A stretch of DNA of 64,000 nucleotides from assembly GCA_963806035.1 (NCBI GenBank), contig CAWDWO010000008.1, forward strand, positions 26,839 through 90,838, read 5' to 3'. The position numbers were made by a program, and so were the translations under genes. This document shows, piece after piece, positions 1 to 10,823 of the stretch. Under the pieces are notes generated by a model. The model searched no databases. It was not told where the DNA came from and saw only the letters and a list, made by a program, of their open reading frames with translations. The first letter of the stretch is position 1, and the number at the start of each line of letters is the position of its first letter. Source of the DNA: Candidatus Krumholzibacteriota bacterium (lineage in GTDB: Bacteria; Krumholzibacteriota; Krumholzibacteriia; JAJRXK01).

Positions 1-323
1 TCGGCGAGCTCGTAGATGTTCTTGGCGTAGTCGCCGATGCGTTCGATATCGATGATCGTGCTGGTCAAGACGAGGCCAGCCGTAAGGTCCGAGACTTCGT
101 TCAGAAGCTGATACTCGAAGACCAGGCGTCTTACCTGCATCTCGCCGCGATTGATCTCGCGGTCGAGCGCATAGATATCAATCTCGGGTTTCTTTCCGTC
201 GAGAAGATCTTCTATCGAAGCGCGGGCCAATAGCTCGGCCTTTCCCAAGCACTCGTAGCTCAGGTCCAAGGCCCTACTCAACTGGTTCTTTTTCCGTAGC
301 GCATTCAAGAGAGCTCGAAACAT
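1..323 (-). CDS. PhoU-domain phosphate uptake regulator (3' end outside the window)
   Basis: Manual translation from ATG at 323 gives MFRALLNALRKKNQ...IYALDREINRGEMQVRR...IIDIERIGDYAKNIYELA. The ERIGD motif is typical of PhoU, and the gene lies downstream of a Na/Pi cotransporter. Confidence 0.8.
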   Translation of the reverse strand, partial: MFRALLNALRKKNQLSRALDLSYECLGKAELLARASIEDLLDGKKPEIDIYALDREINRGEMQVRRLVFEYQLLNEVSDLTAGLVLTSTIIDIERIGDYAKNIYELA

Positions 324-332
324 GAGATTCCC

Positions 333-1502
333 CTAGCGTGTCAAAAAGATCAGTGCCAAAGGTACAATGAAAAACACGAGCAGAACATAGGCTACTGCGT
401 ATCCCTTCGAGCGCACACTCAAGCGGCCCAAGAGCTTGGCGGCGCCGATCGGAATCCTGCGTAGAGGATAGAGCACCAGGATCCCGTAGACGTTGAAAAA
501 AAGATGGCTCAGGGCCACCACGAGAGCAGCCGGTGATCCCGTGACCAGGCTGGCGAGAAGCGCCGTCACCGTGGTTCCGACGTTGGCCCCGAGCACCACC
601 GGGAAAATTTGCTCCACCGTGGCAAAGCCGGCAGCCATGAGAGGGACGAGCAGGCTCGTGGTCACGCTGCTGCTCTGAACGAGAACGGTGATGAGCGTGC
701 CCGCCAGGATTCCGGCTGCGGCGTTCCGGAAAACAAAACGGTGCATCAGCAGCTCCACCCTGCCCAGGATGAGCCGGCGCATCAGCTTTACCAAGAAGTG
801 CAGGCTCAAAAAGAGGAGGATCAAGGAGAGGATCACCAGGATGACCGCGGCCAACGAATCGGATTGGGTCAGGTGCCGCAACAAATCTTGGGTCGCCTTG
901 GCAAGCGGTTTGACGACGAGCTTGAGAGGCGAGTGAAAGCTCACGCCCGACTGTCCCACCAGAAAACGCTCGGCCCACTGAGAGGAGCGCTCGATGAAGT
1001 GAGTGAAAATTTCAAGAGGCAGGAAAAGAGTGACGGCCAGAAGATTGAAGAAGTCATGGACGGTCGCGCCGCTGAACGCCCGTTGAAACTCCTGAGGACG
1101 CGCCATGTGTCCCAGCGATACGATCGTATTGGTTACACTGGTTCCGATGTTCGCGCCCATGACGATGGGAATCGCGCCCGGGACGCTCAGCCCGCCCCCC
1201 GCCACCAGACCTACCACGATGGAAGTGACGGTCGAGCTACTTTGCACCAGGCTCGTGGCCAGGACGCCGATCAGAAGACCGGTGAAGGGATTGCTGGTCG
1301 TCTTGATGAGACCGACCGCGAAACCCTTACCCATCAGTTTGAAAGTCGACCCCAGTAACTCGATGGAATAGAGAAAGACGTAGAGAACCAGGATCAGGGC
1401 GGCAATCCGCGCCACCATTGGCCAAAATCCGTCCCGGCTCAGAAAGGCCCGGGAACGCGCGTTGTTCCTGTCGCTGGTGGCGAGTGAATCAGCCGACGGC
1501 AT
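333..1502 (-). CDS. nptA: Na+/phosphate cotransporter (NptA / SLC34-like)
   Basis: Two repeats of QSSS...GAN(I/V)GT(S/T)VT and multiple TM segments. Confidence 0.9.
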   Translation of the reverse strand: MPSADSLATSDRNNARSRAFLSRDGFWPMVARIAALILVLYVFLYSIELLGSTFKLMGKGFAVGLIKTTSNPFTGLLIGVLATSLVQSSSTVTSIVVGLVAGGGLSVPGAIPIVMGANIGTSVTNTIVSLGHMARPQEFQRAFSGATVHDFFNLLAVTLFLPLEIFTHFIERSSQWAERFLVGQSGVSFHSPLKLVVKPLAKATQDLLRHLTQSDSLAAVILVILSLILLFLSLHFLVKLMRRLILGRVELLMHRFVFRNAAAGILAGTLITVLVQSSSVTTSLLVPLMAAGFATVEQIFPVVLGANVGTTVTALLASLVTGSPAALVVALSHLFFNVYGILVLYPLRRIPIGAAKLLGRLSVRSKGYAVAYVLLVFFIVPLALIFLTR

Positions 1503-2598
1503 CCGCCTTCTCCCGCAAGGCCTCCAACAAACCCTCGAAGCTCCGTTCGAACTTCTCCACCCCTTCCTTCAGGAGCTCGTCGGTCGCGGACTGCAGCGAG
1601 ATTCCGAGTGCTTCGATCTCCTCGAGCGCCGCACTCGATTCGGCTTCGTCCTTCAGAATTGCATCCTTTTCGGGCTTCCCGTGATCGCGGTAGGCATCCA
1701 CGGTAACCGTCGGAATGGTATTCACCGTGTCCTTCCCCACCAGAGGATCCACGTAGAGGGTATCCGGGTAGTCCGGATTCTTGGTACTGGTGGAGGCCCA
1801 CAGAGGACGCTGTACCCGGGCTCCCGCCCGCGACAACTTCTCCCAGCGCTCGCCTGAAAACACTTCGAGAAAATCGCGGTAGGCCAGCTTCGCATTGGCC
1901 ACCGCCGCCTTGCCCATGAGAGATTCCGCCTTCTGACCACCCACTTCGCTCAATTTTGCATCCACCAGAGTATCGAGCCTGCTCACGAAGAAGGATGCCA
2001 CCGAAGCGACGTTCTCCAGTGGCCTCTTGTGCGCGAGACGGGCCTCGAGCGCACTCAGGTAGGCCTCCATCACCTCGCGATAGGCCTGGCGGCTGAAGAG
2101 AAGAGTGACGTTGATCTTGCGGCCCTTCTCCAGCGCGGCGCGAATGACCGGAATGCCCTCCTTGGTGGCCGGGATCTTGACCATGAGATTTTCACAGTCC
2201 ACCCAATCCCAAAGGTGGTCGACTTCCTTCATGGTACGTTCCGCGTCGTAGGCCAGGCGGGGGTCGACTTCGAGGCTGACGAAGCCGTCGCTTCCATCGC
2301 TCTCCTCGAAGACTGGCGCCAACAAATCACAAGCATCTCTGATGTCGCGGACCGCGAGTTCCCAGAAGATCGACTCGGGGTCCAGATCGGAGCTGGAGAG
2401 CTTGGCGACCTCTCTGTCGTAGTCGTTGCTCTTGCTGATTGCCGCCTGAAAAATGCTCGGATTGCTCGTTATGCCGCGCATCCCATCTTCGTCACGCATG
2501 CGCGCGATGGTGCCGTCGTGGAGCGCACGCCGGCTGAGGGAGTCCCACCAGAAGGACTGACCGAATTCGTACAAACGAGTCAAGGGGTTCTGATTCAT
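1489..2598 (-). CDS. tal: Transaldolase
   Basis: Motifs GITSNPSIF, VSLEVDP, VKIPAT, INVTLLFS, ASFFVSR and LWASTSTK. Start placed at MNQNPL. Confidence 0.95.
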   Translation of the reverse strand: MNQNPLTRLYEFGQSFWWDSLSRRALHDGTIARMRDEDGMRGITSNPSIFQAAISKSNDYDREVAKLSSSDLDPESIFWELAVRDIRDACDLLAPVFEESDGSDGFVSLEVDPRLAYDAERTMKEVDHLWDWVDCENLMVKIPATKEGIPVIRAALEKGRKINVTLLFSRQAYREVMEAYLSALEARLAHKRPLENVASVASFFVSRLDTLVDAKLSEVGGQKAESLMGKAAVANAKLAYRDFLEVFSGERWEKLSRAGARVQRPLWASTSTKNPDYPDTLYVDPLVGKDTVNTIPTVTVDAYRDHGKPEKDAILKDEAESSAALEEIEALGISLQSATDELLKEGVEKFERSFEGLLEALREKADAVG

Positions 2599-2668
2599 CG
2601 CGGAACTCCTCGAGGCAGGGTTGAGACGGACGAACGGAACCGGGCGACGCGAGCCGCCATCCAGTTGA

Positions 2669-3124
2669 TTACAGAGGTTTTCCCTTGCCCTCCAGCTCGT
2701 CGATGAGCTGAAGGCGCCGCACATGGCGTTCCTTCCCGCTGAAACGGGCGTTCAAGAACGCGACTACGATCTCTTTCGCGAGACTTGGACCCACGACCCG
2801 GGCCCCCAGGCACAGTACGTTGATGTCGTCATGCTCCACTCCCTGGTGCGCGGAATAGGTGTCATGACAGAGCCCGGCGCGGATCCCCTTCACCTTGTTG
2901 GAGGCCACCGCGGCTCCGACGCCGCTACCGCAGAGCACGATTCCGCGCTCGGCGCTTCCATCGAGCAGGGCCTTGGCAACCTTCGAGGCGAAGCGCGGAT
3001 AGTCGACGGGATCGGCGGAGTCGGTGCCACAGTCGATGAGCTCGTGGCCGTGCTCGGCGAGCAGCTTCGAGAGCTCCGCTTTGAGTGGGAATCCGCCATG
3101 GTCACAGCCGAGCGCCACACGCAT
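2669..3124 (-). CDS. rpiB: Ribose-5-phosphate isomerase B
   Basis: Motifs GCDHGG, DYP, CGSGVG, ANKVKGIRA-like and HDDINVLCLG. Confidence 0.95.
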   Translation of the reverse strand: MRVALGCDHGGFPLKAELSKLLAEHGHELIDCGTDSADPVDYPRFASKVAKALLDGSAERGIVLCGSGVGAAVASNKVKGIRAGLCHDTYSAHQGVEHDDINVLCLGARVVGPSLAKEIVVAFLNARFSGKERHVRRLQLIDELEGKGKPL

Positions 3125-3351
3125 TGCCCTCTTCCTCCCTTCCGTCAGTGCGACATGGACGTCGCGCCCCGGGCCGATCCATCCCGACCCAATGGCGCCG
3201 CGAAGCGAGTGTAGGGAACCGGCTCCACAGAAGCAATGCCGGAGCCCGAGGGCCCGCGAGAAATGGGCCTGAATCCAGGGGATATGAGATTCCTTTCCCC
3301 ACGCTCCACCGGCTGGTATTCTAGCCCACGATGTTCTTCAAGGAGGTGGCC

Positions 3352-4578
3352 GTGTCGCCGCTATCGCGTGTGTTGGGGATGGTTCTGCTCTCTTGCCTGC
3401 TCGGTCTCGCCTACCCCGTCCCTTCTCGTTCAGAGACCCCGGAGCCGGTCCAGCTGGTGGAAAGCTGGCCGGTGGAAACCGAACTCGACAATCCCACCAT
3501 CCCGGACGCGCCCCGGGTTTGGTTGCAGATGGTGGAAAGCGCGCGCGAGAGGCTCGATTTCGCCGAGTTCTACGCGTCCAACGCCCCCGATTCGCTCCGG
3601 GAGGCCTATCCCGCCAGCGCGGGCCGGCTCGAGGCCGTGATCGAAGCGATCGAGGCGGCTGCCAAGCGCGGGGTTAAAGTTCGTTTCTTGGCCGAGAAGA
3701 ACTTCTACAAGACCTACCCCACCACCTTGAATCGCCTCGACGCACAACGAAACGTGGAGCTGCGCATCTACGACGTGGGTGCGCTCATGGGAGGCGTGTT
3801 GCACGCCAAGTACTTCCTCGTGGATGGGCGTGAGGCCTATCTCGGCAGCCAGAACTTCGACTGGCGCTCGCTGGCCCACATTCAGGAACTGGGATTGAAA
3901 ATCGACGATCCCCACATCAGCCAACGACTGCAGGAAGTTTTCGACTATGACTGGGCGCGATCCAACGGTGAGGAGCCCCCGCCGGTGAGCGCCACTCCGG
4001 ATAGCCTTCCCGCAGGCTATTCGGTGGCGTTCAGCCCTACCGGCTTTCTGCCGCGCGAGGCGGACTGGGATCTTCCACAGATCGTGAAGCTCCTCGATGG
4101 GGCCCAGGACCATATTCGATTTCAGCTTCTCTCCTATCACGTCGTGGGACGCGACCATAGTTACTGGAACGTCATCGACGACGCTCTACGCAGAGCCTCC
4201 GCGCGCGGCGTGAAAGTGGAGATGATCCTGGCGAATTGGTCGAAGGGAGGGAGTTCGATGCAGTATTTGAAGAGCCTGCAGACTCTCGATCACGTCCAGG
4301 TCAGAATCGCCACCATTCCGCAGTGGTCCAAGGGATTCATCCCCTTCGCCCGGGTGATTCACGCGAAGTACCTCGTGGTCGACGGCGCTTCGAGTTGGGT
4401 CGGAACTTCCAATTGGGGCAAGAGCTACTTTCACAACACGAGGAACGTGGGACTCGTGATGAACGACTCGCGGATCGCTCAACAGCTCGAAGGGTTTTTC
4501 TCCCGTCTCTGGCAGAGCACCTACGTGGAGGATCTCGACCCCTGCAAGAGCTATGAGCGCCAAAGAGTCGCTCAATAG
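3352..4578 (+). CDS. Secreted phospholipase D superfamily protein (PLD3/K4-like)
   Basis: Signal peptide and two HKD motifs (HAKYFLVD...GSQNFD and HAKYLVVD...GTSNW). GTG start follows an AAGGAGG RBS. Confidence 0.85.
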   Translation: MSPLSRVLGMVLLSCLLGLAYPVPSRSETPEPVQLVESWPVETELDNPTIPDAPRVWLQMVESARERLDFAEFYASNAPDSLREAYPASAGRLEAVIEAIEAAAKRGVKVRFLAEKNFYKTYPTTLNRLDAQRNVELRIYDVGALMGGVLHAKYFLVDGREAYLGSQNFDWRSLAHIQELGLKIDDPHISQRLQEVFDYDWARSNGEEPPPVSATPDSLPAGYSVAFSPTGFLPREADWDLPQIVKLLDGAQDHIRFQLLSYHVVGRDHSYWNVIDDALRRASARGVKVEMILANWSKGGSSMQYLKSLQTLDHVQVRIATIPQWSKGFIPFARVIHAKYLVVDGASSWVGTSNWGKSYFHNTRNVGLVMNDSRIAQQLEGFFSRLWQSTYVEDLDPCKSYERQRVAQ

Positions 4579-4611
4579 CGGCAAGGCATAACTCGACCCA
4601 GAGGTAATTCC

Positions 4612-5493
4612 ATGAAGAAGTTCATGATTGGCTGCGGAATCGTGGTGGGGGTCATTCTACTCATCTCGATCGTTTCCTCCTGGATCTTCGTGCGCTCGCT
4701 CAAGAACCAACTGCCCGAAATCAAGCCCCTGAAAGAGCGCGAAGAACAACTGGTCAAGCTGTACGGACGACTCGACGATTACACACCGCCGTTGAATGGG
4801 CGCATTTCTCCCGAGCGCATGGAACTCTATCTGCAGATTCGCGAGAACCAACCACACGACACCCAGCTCTTCGTGGACGCTCTTGACGAAGTTTCCGAGC
4901 AAGAAAAAGAGATGCACGAGGCCACGGGACTGGAAAAACTCAAGCGTGGGCTGAAGATGGCGAAGAGCGGCATGGCGGTGGCTCGGGTCACGATGGTCTA
5001 TCTCAGCGCCCGCGATTCCCTTCTGCTCGCCGACGAAATGTCACCCGGAGAGTACCTCTACCTCACTGTCATCGGAGCAGTGTGTGACCTACAGTGGTCT
5101 CCCCCGCGCTGCCGGAATCAAGATGCCGTGGCGGACTCCACCTCCGACTACTACAAGTTCAGCGGAGACTACGGAAGCTTTGGCGACGTCTATCGAAGGC
5201 AGCTCGAGAACGCCCTACGCGATCTTCGCGGTAGGGAGAATCTCGACGAAGACGAACAGAACTTCATGGCACAGCTGGAGGGAGCCCTCGAGCACGGGAG
5301 AATCGGTGACGCTCGCGTTCCCTTCGAGGGCGAGCTACCGGCTTCTCTGAAGGAGAGCGTAGAGCCCTATCGTGACCGCCTCCAGGCGACGCTTCCCACC
5401 TGTCTGAGCGCCTGGTCCCTGGAGCTGGCCACGATCGCCGGCCAACACAACGACGGAGTGAACATCAAGATCGGTGAGGATGACGATCACTGA
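4612..5493 (+). CDS. Hypothetical protein with an N-terminal membrane anchor
   Basis: GAGG RBS, one N-terminal TM helix, operon-like spacing. Confidence 0.7.
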   Translation: MKKFMIGCGIVVGVILLISIVSSWIFVRSLKNQLPEIKPLKEREEQLVKLYGRLDDYTPPLNGRISPERMELYLQIRENQPHDTQLFVDALDEVSEQEKEMHEATGLEKLKRGLKMAKSGMAVARVTMVYLSARDSLLLADEMSPGEYLYLTVIGAVCDLQWSPPRCRNQDAVADSTSDYYKFSGDYGSFGDVYRRQLENALRDLRGRENLDEDEQNFMAQLEGALEHGRIGDARVPFEGELPASLKESVEPYRDRLQATLPTCLSAWSLELATIAGQHNDGVNIKIGEDDDH

Positions 5494-6832
5494 GACCCGA
5501 GCGGGGGAAGCGAGCCTCGATCGGCCGCCGGGCTTGGCCCGACGTTTTTGGCGGCTTTCCTCGCTCAACATTCTGGCCAATCTCATGGTTCCCCTCACGG
5601 GCCTGGTCGACATGGCCCTCTTGGGCCATCTCGGCCAGATTCGTTTTCTGGCCGGAGTAGCTCTGGGCGCAATCCTCTTCGACTACGTGTACTGGACCTT
5701 TGGCTTTTTGCGCATGGGAACCACGGGAATGACGGCGCAGGCCGTGGGACGCGAGAGCCCCGACGAAGTTGCAGTGGTCGGCTTGCGAGGCATGGCGATG
5801 GCTCTCGCCCTGGGACTTCTCATTCTCCTCCTGCAAAAGCCTCTCTCGCTGCTGGGCTTTTGGATCCTCCAGGGAGATCCGGGGGTGAAAGCCGCCGGTC
5901 GCGCCTACTTTTCCGCACGCATTTGGGGCGCCCCCGCCGTCCTCCTGAATTTCGTCCTTCTGGGGTGGTTTCTGGGCCGCGAGCAGGCGGGACGCGTTCT
6001 GATCATGTCCGTGGTGGGAAACCTCTCCAACGTGATCCTCGATTTCTACCTGATCGTCCATTTACACATGGCCGCTCGAGGAGTGGGAGCTGCCACGGCA
6101 GTCGCCCAATACCTCATGCTCAGCTGTGCTCTGATCTTCGCGGCGAGAGATCTCTCAATCCGGCGAGTTCGGCGGGTCATCCCGCTCTGTCTTTCCATGG
6201 AGGGGCTCCGCGCCACCTTCTCCTTGAACAACGACATCTTGGTCAGGACTCTCGCGCTCATCAGCGTTTTCGCCCTCTTCACCAACATCGCGTCCACCAT
6301 GGGCGCCGTCCTTTTGGCAGCCACTGCGGTGGTGAAGCAGGTGGTGACGCTGGCCGCGTTCTTCATCGACGGCTATGCGTTCGCGACCGAGAGCCTGGCC
6401 GGCATCCTGGAAGGGGCCAGAGAACGCGTGCAGCTGCGACGGCTTCTGATCATGTCGGTTTCTTGGAGCGCGTTGACCGGAGTGTTGTTCGCGGCCACTT
6501 TCGCATTCGCGCCGAGGCTCTTCCGCTTGCTCACGGACCACGCCGACGCTCTGCGCCAGATCGACATTCTGAAGATGTGGTTGTGGCCGGTGCTGAGCGT
6601 GGGATCGATTGCGTACGCCCTGGACGGCTATTTCATCGGACTGGTGAGGGGACGTATCCTCAGTCTCGCGATGGTCTTCTCCGCACTGATAGGCTTCGCC
6701 CCCCTCGCTTTCCTCGCCTATCGCGCACAGAGCATCCAACTTCTGTGGTTGGCGCTTGCCGCCTTCATGCTGGCGCGGGTCATCAGCTTGGCCGTCTGTG
6801 TCCCCTCGACTCTGCGCCTCAGAGGGCGATGA
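5480..6832 (+). CDS. MATE family efflux transporter (DinF-like)
   Basis: About 12 TM segments. Motifs NLMVPLTGLVD, FGFLRMGTTG and DGYAFATE. Confidence 0.9.
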   Translation: MTITETRAGEASLDRPPGLARRFWRLSSLNILANLMVPLTGLVDMALLGHLGQIRFLAGVALGAILFDYVYWTFGFLRMGTTGMTAQAVGRESPDEVAVVGLRGMAMALALGLLILLLQKPLSLLGFWILQGDPGVKAAGRAYFSARIWGAPAVLLNFVLLGWFLGREQAGRVLIMSVVGNLSNVILDFYLIVHLHMAARGVGAATAVAQYLMLSCALIFAARDLSIRRVRRVIPLCLSMEGLRATFSLNNDILVRTLALISVFALFTNIASTMGAVLLAATAVVKQVVTLAAFFIDGYAFATESLAGILEGARERVQLRRLLIMSVSWSALTGVLFAATFAFAPRLFRLLTDHADALRQIDILKMWLWPVLSVGSIAYALDGYFIGLVRGRILSLAMVFSALIGFAPLAFLAYRAQSIQLLWLALAAFMLARVISLAVCVPSTLRLRGR

Positions 6833-7082
6833 CGCCCTCGATTTTGAGAGCCTCTGCGTAAACCGCGATCACCGCATCGCTCGATTCCATCTCCTTCTTA
6901 CAACTGAGGCTCAGATATTTCCCGGTTCGTGAAGCGCGCAGCGTGTATTCCTCGTCCTTGAAGAGCTCTTTCAGCTCCTCGATCTTGCCGCGCGGAGCGA
7001 TGAACTTGAAAAGGTAGGGACCGGGCCACTTTTCGAAGACAGCCAACTTGGCGCGCAGAGTATCCAGAGCATCACGGTTCAT
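6819..7082 (-). CDS. DUF493 (YbeD-like) protein
   Basis: WPGPYLFKFI...SRTGKYLSLS...IEGVIAL. ATGA overlap with egtB. Confidence 0.8.
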   Translation of the reverse strand: MNRDALDTLRAKLAVFEKWPGPYLFKFIAPRGKIEELKELFKDEEYTLRASRTGKYLSLSCKKEMESSDAVIAVYAEALKIEGVIAL

Positions 7083-8359
7083 GATTCGGAATCTCTACAC
7101 AATCGAAGCCCACCGAAAAGCCAGCGCGAGGACGGCGCATAGAAATTGCGGTAGCTCACGCGTAGATGCTCACGAGGACTCGCGCAACAGCCACCGCGCA
7201 GGACCATTTGGTTCGCCATGAATTTTCCGTTGTACTCGCCCAGGGCGCCGGCCGCCGGGCGGTAGCCCGGATACGGTCCGTAAGGAGAAGAGGTCCACTC
7301 CCACAGATCTCCGAAGAGCTGCTCTAGACCCTTCCCTTCGGCGCCGCGGGCCTGCAGATATCCATCCTCGAGGAAATTTCCCCTCTTCAAGAGATCCCCA
7401 TCCTCCGCGAGCGCCGCGGCCGCCGCCTTCTCCCATTCGAATTCGGTCGGGAGACGAGCGCCGCTCCAACGGGCAAAGGCATCCGCCTCGAAATAACTGA
7501 TGTGAGTCACGGGAAGATCGGCGCGGACCTTCATCTGACCGAAGAGGCCGCGACGGCACCATTCTCCCGCCACTTTCTCCCAGTACAGCGGCGCGCGCCA
7601 GCCCCTCTCCTGGGCCAGAGCCCAACCGTCGGAGAGCCACAACTGGGGACGCTCGTAGCCGCCATCCTCCATGAACTCCAGATACTCGCCTGCGGTGACC
7701 AGACGATTTGCGAGTTCGAATCGCTCCGTCCAAACCCGGTGGCGGGGCTCCTCGTTGTCGAAGCAGAAACCCTCTTCCTGGTGCCCGATCTCCAAGAGAC
7801 CCTCTTCGAAGCCTCGCCAATGCAAGGCCACGTTCGGGCATGGAGGGCAGGTCTTCAGCTCGCGGTAGGCTCCACCCACCGGGTTGGTGGCCAGGACATG
7901 CTGGATGTCCATCAGAAGCAGCTCCTGATGCTGCTGTTCGTGCTGAAGGCCGAGTTCCACCACCGGATGCAGTTTGGAAGGGAGGACGCCATGGGCCAGG
8001 ACCTCCTGCATTCTCTCCTCGACGTTTCGGCGGTACTTTAAAACCTCGCGCAGCGGCGGCCGCGAGAGGAGACCGCGCTTTCCCCGCGGGTGCTTCTCAC
8101 CGACCCCCTCGTAGTAGGAGTTGAAGAGGACGCGGAATTCGCGGCGAAAGGGCCGAAAATCCCGCTCGGCGGCCTCCAGGACGAAGGTTTCGAAGAACCA
8201 GGTCGTGTGCGCCAAATGCCACTTGGTGGGCGACACCTCGAGCATGGACTGCACCTGACAGTCCTCGGGGCTGAGAGGCTCGATCAGTTGCAGGGTAGTT
8301 TGACGAATCCGGGCAAATCGCTCGGCCAGGGTGGCCGAGTTCGCGGTGGTATCGATCAA
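7079..8359 (-). CDS. egtB: Ergothioneine biosynthesis sulfoxide synthase (DinB-like + FGE-sulfatase domains)
   Basis: Fe-ligand motifs KWHLAHTTWFFE and HEQQHQE, plus GEYNGKFM and YRNF. Confidence 0.9.
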   Translation of the reverse strand: MIDTTANSATLAERFARIRQTTLQLIEPLSPEDCQVQSMLEVSPTKWHLAHTTWFFETFVLEAAERDFRPFRREFRVLFNSYYEGVGEKHPRGKRGLLSRPPLREVLKYRRNVEERMQEVLAHGVLPSKLHPVVELGLQHEQQHQELLLMDIQHVLATNPVGGAYRELKTCPPCPNVALHWRGFEEGLLEIGHQEEGFCFDNEEPRHRVWTERFELANRLVTAGEYLEFMEDGGYERPQLWLSDGWALAQERGWRAPLYWEKVAGEWCRRGLFGQMKVRADLPVTHISYFEADAFARWSGARLPTEFEWEKAAAAALAEDGDLLKRGNFLEDGYLQARGAEGKGLEQLFGDLWEWTSSPYGPYPGYRPAAGALGEYNGKFMANQMVLRGGCCASPREHLRVSYRNFYAPSSRWLFGGLRLCRDSES

Positions 8360-8545
8360 GGTCTCTCCCCGGGGAAAAGGTCGATTCAGGGCTCGTGTTC
8401 GCTGATTTCAGTCTAGGGTTTCGCGTTCACTCTGGCCAGAGCGGCTGGACGATCGCGTCTGAACCCTTATATTTGCGCCGGACCCAGCACAAGGGCACGA
8501 GCATTCATTCGGAGCCTCGCTCCAACTCATCGAAGGGGATTCGCA

Positions 8546-10816
8546 ATGCAGGAGAACTGGTTGGACGCCATCCATACCGTCTACGAGAATCTCGCCTCCC
8601 ACCACGCGAAAGGCCGCGAGGTTCTGGGGCATCCGCTGACTCTGGCCGAAAAAATCCTCTTCGCTCATCTGCGAAACAAGGATGAGGCACCCACCCGCGG
8701 CAAGAGCGTGGTCGACCTCGTTCCGGATCGAGTGGCAATGCAGGACGCCACGGCGCAGATGGCGCTCCTCCAATTCATCGCGGCAGGAAAGGCCAGAGTC
8801 GCGACTCCCACCACGGTTCACTGCGATCACTTGATTCGCGCGCGAGTGGGAGCCGAGAAGGATCTCGAGGTCGCCAACGACGAAAATGGAGAGGTCTTCC
8901 GCTTCCTTAAGAGTGCTTCGAAGAAATATGGGATCGGATTCTGGAAGCCGGGAGCCGGCATCATTCATCAGGTAGTGCTGGAGAACTATGCCGCCCCCGG
9001 CCTGCTGATGATCGGCACGGACAGCCATACTCCCAACGCGGGCGGATTGGGCATGGTCGCCGTGGGCGTGGGCGGCGCCGACGCGGTCGACGCCATGGTC
9101 GGAATGCCCTGGCAAGTTCTGTGGCCGCGTCTGATCGGAGTGAAGCTCACCGGCAAGCTCAGCGGTTGGACCGCGCCGAAGGACATCATCCTCAAGCTCG
9201 CCGGCCTGCTCACGGTGAAGGGCGGCACGGGCAAGATCGTGGAGTACTTCGGCGAGGGCACCAAGAGCATCTCCTGTACGGGCAAGGCCACGATCTGCAA
9301 CATGGGCGCCGAGCTGGGCGCCACCACCAGCCTCTTCCCCTTCGACGAACGGATGGCGACCTATCTGCGAGCCACTCGTCGGGCCGAGGTGGCGGAGATG
9401 GCCGAGAAACACCGCGACGAGTTGGTGGCGGATCCCGAGATCGCGAGAGAGCCCGAGGAGTACTACGACGAGATCGTCGAGATCGACCTCGACCAACTCG
9501 AACCACACCTGGTCGGACCGCACACTCCCGATCTCTTGCATCCCCTCTCGCGCATGGGTCAAGATGCGCGCGAGAACGGATATCCCATCGAACTCTCGGC
9601 CGCGCTCATTGGTTCGTGCACCAACTCGAGCTACGAGGACATCGACCGCTCGACCCACATCGCCCGGCAAGCCGCCGAGAAGGGCATCAAGGCCAAGACC
9701 AAGTTCATGGTCACGCCCGGCAGTGAACAGGTTCGCGCGACCATCGAACGCGACGGACAACTCGCCCAACTGGAGAAGATGGGCGGTGTCGTGCTGGCCA
9801 ATGCCTGCGGGCCCTGCATCGGACAGTGGCAACGCGACGATGTCTCCGAGGGAGACAAGAACTCCATCCTGACCTCCTACAACCGCAACTTCCGCAAGCG
9901 CAACGACGGAAACGCCTCGACCATGGCCTTCATCGGCAGTCCGGAAATCGTCACGGCCATCGCGCTTGCCGGCCGGCTCGACTTCAATCCGATGAAGGAT
10001 ACGCTGAAGGCGGCCGATGGCAGCGAGTTCCGGCTCGAAGCTCCGCAGGGCGACGAACTTCCCCGCAAGGGCTTCGACCAGGGCGACACCAGCTACTTCG
10101 TCCCGGTGAGCGAGGACGGCGAGGAGATCAAAGTGGAGATCTCGCCGGATAGCGATCGGCTGCAGTTTCTCACGCCATTTGAAGCCTGGGACGGAGAAGA
10201 CTTCGAGGATCTCTTGGTCCTGGTGAAGGCCGACGGAAAATGCACCACCGATCACATCTCTCCCGCCGGTCCCTGGTTGAGTTACAGAGGACACCTGGAC
10301 AAGATCTCCGACAACATGTTCATCGGCGCAGTCAATGCCTTCCGCGACGAAACGGGGCGCGGCAAGAACCAGCTGGACGGCTCCATCGAGGGCTTTTCCA
10401 AGATCGCCCGTGCCTACAAGGCGGCCGGCAAGGGATGGATCGCGGTGGGCGACGAGAACTACGGAGAGGGAAGCTCCCGGGAGCACGCGGCAATGGAGCC
10501 GCGCTTCCTGGGCGCGCGCGCAGTTCTGGTGCGATCCTTCGCCCGAATCCACGAGACGAATTTGAAAAAGCAGGGCGTTCTGCCGCTCACTTTCGCCAAT
10601 CCGAAGGACTACGGCAAGGTGCAGGAGGATGACCGCGTGAGCATCCTGGGTTTGAGCGATCTGGCTCCGGGCAGCGAGCTGACGGTCGTGCTGAAACACT
10701 CCGACGACAGCCAGGACCGCTTCAAGGCCCAACACACCCTGACCACCGAACAGATCGAGTGGTTCAAGGCCGGGTCGGCGCTGAATCTGATCCGGCGCCA
10801 GGAACAGGCGGGATAG
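8546..10816 (+). CDS. Aconitate hydratase (mitochondrial-like type)
   Basis: Motifs [53 protein letters not shown] and GSSREHAA. Confidence 0.95.
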   Translation: MQENWLDAIHTVYENLASHHAKGREVLGHPLTLAEKILFAHLRNKDEAPTRGKSVVDLVPDRVAMQDATAQMALLQFIAAGKARVATPTTVHCDHLIRARVGAEKDLEVANDENGEVFRFLKSASKKYGIGFWKPGAGIIHQVVLENYAAPGLLMIGTDSHTPNAGGLGMVAVGVGGADAVDAMVGMPWQVLWPRLIGVKLTGKLSGWTAPKDIILKLAGLLTVKGGTGKIVEYFGEGTKSISCTGKATICNMGAELGATTSLFPFDERMATYLRATRRAEVAEMAEKHRDELVADPEIAREPEEYYDEIVEIDLDQLEPHLVGPHTPDLLHPLSRMGQDARENGYPIELSAALIGSCTNSSYEDIDRSTHIARQAAEKGIKAKTKFMVTPGSEQVRATIERDGQLAQLEKMGGVVLANACGPCIGQWQRDDVSEGDKNSILTSYNRNFRKRNDGNASTMAFIGSPEIVTAIALAGRLDFNPMKDTLKAADGSEFRLEAPQGDELPRKGFDQGDTSYFVPVSEDGEEIKVEISPDSDRLQFLTPFEAWDGEDFEDLLVLVKADGKCTTDHISPAGPWLSYRGHLDKISDNMFIGAVNAFRDETGRGKNQLDGSIEGFSKIARAYKAAGKGWIAVGDENYGEGSSREHAAMEPRFLGARAVLVRSFARIHETNLKKQGVLPLTFANPKDYGKVQEDDRVSILGLSDLAPGSELTVVLKHSDDSQDRFKAQHTLTTEQIEWFKAGSALNLIRRQEQAG

Positions 10817-10823
10817 AATCGCG

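Noticed and set aside
8408..10735. 775-aa antisense ORF over aconitase, and similar long shadow ORFs (e.g. 55682..58030, 33663..35354, 60785..62443, 28355..29992)
   Set aside because: They mirror well-supported genes on the opposite strand and have no motifs. Such ORFs are expected from high-GC codon bias.
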